Below are positions 33,252-37,895 of a stretch of DNA of 37,895 nt, in pieces; within the stretch, counting starts at the first letter, position 1; each line of letters opens with the position of its first letter. The notes under the pieces are model-generated. The model was given only the letters and a program-made list of their open reading frames with translations. It searched no databases and had not been told where the DNA came from. The position numbers and the translations under genes are program-made. Where the stretch lies: positions 1-37,895 of IMG/VR virus record IMGVR_UViG_3300048579_000033. The stretch is one strand, 5' to 3'. This DNA comes from a virus (taxonomy: Duplodnaviria; Caudoviricetes).

Positions 33252-34075
33252 AGAATGGGTTCCTTTCGTTTGTAGTCGTAGTCGCCGTGGCGGAGGATGC
33301 GGGCCACTCGGGCGGTGGTGATTGCGTCTTCTTCCGTGAGGCCGGCCGCCACGTAATGAGTGATGATGCACTCCCAAATGTCGGCGGTGGGCTCGGACAG
33401 CCAGCGTGACTTGAGCTGCCCCTTGTTCGGCCCTCGCTTCACCTCGAAGGTGGTTTGGACCTTGCGGATAGGCTGATCGACAAGCTCGGCCGCACGTTTC
33501 GTGCCGATGCCGGGACAGCCGGAATAGCCGTCCACCATGTCGCCCGAGAGAACCTGTCGGTAGAAGGCAGCGTCAGCCGCCGCGAGGGAGACCTTCGTGG
33601 GCTCTTGTCGCTTCGTCAGGCCCTCCTTCTCGGGGTTCCAGTGCAGCCCCGGAACCGAGCGAAGGTCCTTGTCCATGGTGATGACGATTTTCTCGCCTTC
33701 GACCACCTTCGGGTTGGTCGCCAAGATGCCCATCACGTCGTCAGCTTCGAGGTGCGGACGGACAAAGACCTCGTAGTTTTCCCGGAAGTGGTCCAGCAGG
33801 GCGTGGAGGATGATCGGCCGGCGCACGTTGGCTCGGTTCGATTTGTAAGTCGGCATCACTTCCTTGCGGAAGTTCTTCTCGTCGGAGATCGCCACGATCA
33901 TGCGCTCGCCGCCGAGGCGGGTCATGAAGTCGTCCATCGTGGCGTCGAGATTGAACTTGCCGGCGTCGGCGTCGGCGGTCAGGGCGTATTGGCCGTCGCC
34001 AAAGTCTGTCGCCCGCTCGGTAGCAGCGGCAACCCGATATGCGAACAGGTCACCGTCAACGATCAGGGTGGTCAA
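33233..34075 (-). CDS. 5'-3' exonuclease (gp6-like)
   Basis: IVDGD, YKSNR, LEADDVMG, DKDL, GDMVDGYSGCPGIG; TTG start after GGAGG. Confidence 0.95.
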   Translation of the reverse strand: MTTLIVDGDLFAYRVAAATERATDFGDGQYALTADADAGKFNLDATMDDFMTRLGGERMIVAISDEKNFRKEVMPTYKSNRANVRRPIILHALLDHFRENYEVFVRPHLEADDVMGILATNPKVVEGEKIVITMDKDLRSVPGLHWNPEKEGLTKRQEPTKVSLAAADAAFYRQVLSGDMVDGYSGCPGIGTKRAAELVDQPIRKVQTTFEVKRGPNKGQLKSRWLSEPTADIWECIITHYVAAGLTEEDAITTARVARILRHGDYDYKRKEPILWQPSR

Positions 34076-34254
34076 TCCACCTCCTTCATTTCTATGAGCA
34101 CAGCCTCGCCCTCCCACACTTCAGCGGCCATTTCGGCGGCCTCTTGGGACAGGAAGGTTTGTGCTCGGGCCAGCGTGTGGGTCCACATGACGCGGCGGTA
34201 GCGGTCGCCGAGGTAGCGATCCGCTTTCCGAACCGTCCAAACGTAAGCGGTCAG
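34072..34254 (-). CDS. 60-aa hypothetical protein, probable CTG start
   Basis: (M)TAYVWTVRKADRYLGDRYRRVMWTHTLARAQTF...EMKEVD; GGAGG 7 nt before CTG; stop overlaps the exonuclease start. Confidence 0.6.
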   Translation of the reverse strand: MTAYVWTVRKADRYLGDRYRRVMWTHTLARAQTFLSQEAAEMAAEVWEGEAVLIEMKEVD

Positions 34255-34272
34255 GTCAGAGCCTCCGCGCCG

Positions 34273-34647
34273 TCATCCGGTGCCATCACCTCGGCGATCC
34301 CGTACTTGCCCCTCAGGAGCGCCGCATGGGCCGCCCGATCCGAGGCGGTTAGCGACGAGGTCAATGAGACTCGCGGCATCGTCGGGGTGTGTGAGAAACC
34401 ATTCGCCATTCTGTCGCTGACCGGAGTAGAGGCGCCGAAGAGTGCGCTCGGCTTTGCAAACATCGGGGAAGTAGCGGTGATAGTAGAGCTGGAAATCACG
34501 ATGCGGGCTCGCTGTTTGGTAGGTTCGGAAGCGGGAGAGAAGACCGGTGGTACGCCCAATCTTGACGTACCCCGGCCAAGCGGGGTTGGTGATGACGTAC
34601 AGGTGCCCCCCGCCGTGGTTGCGCCTGTGGCTACTAGTGGGTTTCAC
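34273..34647 (-). CDS. GIY-YIG-related T5orf172-type protein
   Basis: LYVITNPAWPGYVKIGRT...YQTASP...GEWF. Confidence 0.85.
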   Translation of the reverse strand: MKPTSSHRRNHGGGHLYVITNPAWPGYVKIGRTTGLLSRFRTYQTASPHRDFQLYYHRYFPDVCKAERTLRRLYSGQRQNGEWFLTHPDDAASLIDLVANRLGSGGPCGAPEGQVRDRRGDGTG

Positions 34648-36718
34648 ACCAGTTCATCCCTTGGTCGGCGTTGCCCGCGAGCGGACAGGCAAACTCAAGC
34701 TCTTCACCGGCCTTTCGGATGGCGTCTTCGGCCGTCTTCATGACGAACTCCACATGCATGGGGAGAACATCGATCTGCCACTCGTCGTGGACGTTTGCGC
34801 AGAATTCGTAGTCGATGCCGGGAACAAGGCCCTCCGCTTGGAGGTCTCGGTCTAGGATCACGAGCGCTTGCTTCATGATGATGGCGCCCGCCGACTGGAG
34901 CAGCGTGTTGAGCGCGGCATGGGCGTGACGCACTTTGAGCTTTCCACCGTCCAGGCCGACGAGGAAACCCCTACCGGGGACCCATTTCCCGGCCTTGTTC
35001 ACGTAGCCGAAGGCGCGGTTCTTGACGTTCTGGACCAGCTTCCCGAGAGCTGGAAGGCCGGTCAGGAAGTTCTCACGGGACCGCTTTCCAGCCCGCAGGA
35101 TGGCGTTGGCATCCCCCTTGGTGCCCATGATGGCGCCGAGCTTGAAGTCGCCCGCACCGTAGATGAAGGCATAGAACCACGTCTTGGCGATGTCTCGCCC
35201 GCTGATCCCCTTGCCGTCGATCTCGTAGGTCTTCTTGGGGGCCAGTCCAAGCGCGCGGGCGTTGACCGAGTGCATGTCCGTGCCGAGGCTCTTGTCCCCG
35301 GACAGGATGGTCTCGATGTACGCGCCTCCGTCGTAGCGGGCCATGTACCCGCCAAGGCACCGCAGCTCGAGCGCATCGGCGTCACAGCCGACGAGCACGA
35401 AGCCGGAAGTGGAGGTGAACAGAGCCCGACATTCGGCACCGTAGGGAGACCCGACCTTTGGAACTTGGGCCACGTTCGGGTTGTTGTGGGTCATGCGCCG
35501 GGTGACAGCGCCGGCCGTGATTACGGACCCGTGGATGCGCCCGTTCCGTTCCTTCTTGAGCCACGCCTGTTTGCCCTCGGCGAGCTGCCCGATGCGCTTG
35601 GCAACGGTCAGGTACTCCGAGATTAGACGGGCTTCGGCCCAAGGAAGGCGGGAGATCACGGTTTCGTCGAGCTTCGGATCGCCGCTCTTGGTGAACTCAA
35701 CCGGCTCCCAGCCGAACAGCTTCTTCAGCCGGTCGGCGATGTGGTGGTTGCTCTTGGGGTTGAACTGGACCCGCTTGAGCTTCTGGTAGCGGGAGCCTTC
35801 GGCATACTCTTCCTTGACGAAGATGGGCTCTTGGGTGCCATCGCGTTTCGTCTTGAAGGCGACCGGCGGGAAGTCCTTCCGGTTCACCCGGCGCGTCCTC
35901 GTCACGGTCACCGGTTTGCCGTCCGGCGCCCACCACTCGCCGAAGGTCTTGCGAAGTTCGGTCTCCAGCTTCTCGCGCTCAGCGATCAAGCTGACGTAGA
36001 ACTTCTCGGCGGAACGGACATCGAATGCGAAGCCCCAGCGCTCTTGGCGGGCGAGGATAGCCGCAACGTCCATCTCCAGCCAAACCGAGCGGTCGCTAAC
36101 CGGGACGATCTCGACTGAGGTCTCCGGTTCCCGGTCCCGCTTCGCCTTCTTGAGGCGCGCTTCGGTGTCGGGGTCGATGCCGGACCAGACCTTCAGGCAA
36201 CGCTGATAGAGGGCGTCTGTGACCTCGACATCGAGTTCACAATACTCCTGCATCTCCGGGTTCCAAGAGGCCCACGGATCGAGCCCCTTGGCCTTCATGA
36301 TCTCGGAGTATTCGCCCTTCTGAAGCCCCAGCCGGTAGCCGAAGCTCTCAAGGCTGTACTTTCCGGTGAGCTTCTTGGGCAGCGTGCCCTTCTTGACGCG
36401 ACCGGCATCGCTGTCGCCGATCTCAGGCCAGAACAGCCGCGAGAGGACAAGGGTGTCGAGGACGCGCCCCTTGGGCTCGAACCACGGGTAGAGCTTCTTG
36501 AGCGCTGGGATATCGAACTTGATGATGTTGTGGCCGATGATCTCTTCGGCCTCCATGAGCATTCGAACGCCATCGGCGACGTTCTGCTCAACAGGCTCGT
36601 CATGCTGTCGGAGCGAGTAGACCCGCCCGGTGTCGGCGTCTTTGAGGACGAGACAGTGGACGGTGGTCAGTTCCTCCAACAGCCCGTTGGTTTCACAGTC
36701 GAAGAGGTATCGGCTCAA
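34634..36718 (-). CDS. DNA polymerase, family A (T7 gp5-like)
   Basis: FDCETNG exonuclease motif, DADALELR motif A, RDIAKTWFYAFIYG motif B, VHDEWQ motif C. Confidence 0.98.
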   Translation of the reverse strand: MSRYLFDCETNGLLEELTTVHCLVLKDADTGRVYSLRQHDEPVEQNVADGVRMLMEAEEIIGHNIIKFDIPALKKLYPWFEPKGRVLDTLVLSRLFWPEIGDSDAGRVKKGTLPKKLTGKYSLESFGYRLGLQKGEYSEIMKAKGLDPWASWNPEMQEYCELDVEVTDALYQRCLKVWSGIDPDTEARLKKAKRDREPETSVEIVPVSDRSVWLEMDVAAILARQERWGFAFDVRSAEKFYVSLIAEREKLETELRKTFGEWWAPDGKPVTVTRTRRVNRKDFPPVAFKTKRDGTQEPIFVKEEYAEGSRYQKLKRVQFNPKSNHHIADRLKKLFGWEPVEFTKSGDPKLDETVISRLPWAEARLISEYLTVAKRIGQLAEGKQAWLKKERNGRIHGSVITAGAVTRRMTHNNPNVAQVPKVGSPYGAECRALFTSTSGFVLVGCDADALELRCLGGYMARYDGGAYIETILSGDKSLGTDMHSVNARALGLAPKKTYEIDGKGISGRDIAKTWFYAFIYGAGDFKLGAIMGTKGDANAILRAGKRSRENFLTGLPALGKLVQNVKNRAFGYVNKAGKWVPGRGFLVGLDGGKLKVRHAHAALNTLLQSAGAIIMKQALVILDRDLQAEGLVPGIDYEFCANVHDEWQIDVLPMHVEFVMKTAEDAIRKAGEELEFACPLAGNADQGMNWCETH

Positions 36719-36957
36719 CCGACGAGCCTAATCGAAGCGCGGAGTTCGCGGACCCGCCGGTCCCGGCGCTGCTGGAGCATGGACGCGTAGATCTTCTCCT
36801 GCTCGGTCGCCGTCCGGGAACCGGCGATTTCGCGCGCACGAACCAGTTCCCCGTAGGTGAACCGCTGTTCCTTCAGGAGATCAGAAGGGAGCTTGGTCGT
36901 CGAACTCGTCGGCTCCCGAGAAGTCGTGGGATTTTTCACCGGAGGTCTCCTTCCCAA
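36715..36957 (-). CDS. Small hypothetical protein between helicase and polymerase (start uncertain)
   Basis: C-terminal part fills the gap and its stop overlaps the polymerase TTG start. Confidence 0.45.
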   Translation of the reverse strand: MGRRPPVKNPTTSREPTSSTTKLPSDLLKEQRFTYGELVRAREIAGSRTATEQEKIYASMLQQRRDRRVRELRASIRLVG

Positions 36958-37895
36958 AGGGGTCCTCCATGCACTCCGTCAGCCGCCCGGTGTCGGGGTC
37001 ATAGCTGAGCCATCCCGCTTCGCCGGTCTCGCCGGTGTATCGGTTCTTCAGAATGCGGAGGGTGGTGATGTTCTTGTGTTCGCCCTGCTGGTCTCGCTCG
37101 GCTCCGATCACGAAGTCCGAAAGCTGAGCGATGGCGTGTGAGCCTCGAAGCTGGGCCAGCGACGTTCGGGCTCCGTCCTCGTGGCCCCGATCGCCCTGGG
37201 GGCGCTTGAGGTGCGAGACGAGAATGATCGCGATGTTCAGCTCCATCGCGAGCGTCTTCAGTTCGGTCATGATGTTGTCGATGAGGCGCCGCTCGTCGCC
37301 GTCCTCGGTGCCCGAGACGATGATCGAAAGGTGATCGAGGATAATCACCTTGCAGTCGCAGCCGACCGCCATGTACCTGATCTTGGACACGATATTGTCG
37401 ATGTCCGAAGACCCGAAGTGGTCGTAGAGGAAGATGCGGTTGGTGCCGAGGGTGGCAGTGAAGCCATCCCTCTTCTCCTCGTCCGTCAGTTCGTTCCAGA
37501 TGGCATGGGCCGGGCGGTTGATGGCGAGACCCATCAGGCCCCTCGCGGTGCGCTTGACGTTCTCCTCCAGCATGATCATTCCGACCGTCTCGCCAGAGAT
37601 GACGAAGTGGTAGGCGATCTCGCGCACGATGGCGGACTTGCCGATGCCGGAGCCGGCCGTGAAGGTCCAAAGTTCCCCCAGCCGGACCCCGAGCGACATC
37701 CTGGAAAGGGCGTCGAAGGGCAGCGGGAGGGTGTACTCCTCGTCCTGCTGGTTGATGGTGTCCCAGAGGTCCACGCCCGCGACGATGCCATCCGGGCGGT
37801 ACGCCTTCGCCCCGAAGATCGCGTCGATCACTTCAGCGCCTCGACCGGCCTGAAGCATCTCGTTCGGGTCCTTCAGGGGGAGCTTGGCGACCTTG
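36881..37895 (-). CDS. Primase-helicase (gp4-like), 5' part outside window
   Basis: LKDPNEML end of TOPRIM domain, TAGSGIGKS Walker A, ILDHLS, LRGS..IAQLSD, acidic tail ending in F. Confidence 0.96.
   Translation of the reverse strand, partial: KVAKLPLKDPNEMLQAGRGAEVIDAIFGAKAYRPDGIVAGVDLWDTINQQDEEYTLPLPFDALSRMSLGVRLGELWTFTAGSGIGKSAIVREIAYHFVISGETVGMIMLEENVKRTARGLMGLAINRPAHAIWNELTDEEKRDGFTATLGTNRIFLYDHFGSSDIDNIVSKIRYMAVGCDCKVIILDHLSIIVSGTEDGDERRLIDNIMTELKTLAMELNIAIILVSHLKRPQGDRGHEDGARTSLAQLRGSHAIAQLSDFVIGAERDQQGEHKNITTLRILKNRYTGETGEAGWLSYDPDTGRLTECMEDPFGKETSGEKSHDFSGADEFDDQAPF

Larger units (their letters stand above)
957..37895 (-). mobile_element. Integrated T7-like (Autographiviridae-type) prophage, right end outside window
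   Basis: att junction and tyrosine integrase plus T7-type gp4/gp5/gp6, portal, scaffold, capsid, tail A/B, internal virion proteins, fibres and terminase in T7-like order. Confidence 0.96.

Overview
About 0.95 kb of host DNA (partial iron-containing alcohol dehydrogenase) is followed by a T7-like (Autographiviridae-type) prophage of an alphaproteobacterium, read mostly on the minus strand and continuing past the right edge. The left junction is the orphaned 3' half of a tRNA-Leu(UAA) gene split at the anticodon loop. Just inside it the phage carries its own complete tRNA-Leu(UAA) and a low-GC PD-(D/E)XK-like moron. Next come a LexA-box-controlled small gene, an SPFH protein, a tyrosine integrase with a MarR-like repressor, and an early operon (peptidase, Zn-ribbon protein, ArdA, HExxH protein) carrying six copies of a 16-bp operator-like motif. 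The fused genome-end region follows, then terminase, tail fibres, internal virion proteins, tail tube, capsid, a lysis cassette between scaffold and capsid, portal, dNMP kinase, exonuclease, DNA polymerase A and primase-helicase. Three copies of a T3-like phage RNAP promoter are visible; the RNAP gene itself is not in the window. Most notable are a readable lysogeny circuit for a T7-like phage, the isoacceptor-matched replacement tRNA, and several genes that appear to need ATT/CTG start codons. All family assignments are from motif recognition by eye; no database searches were run.
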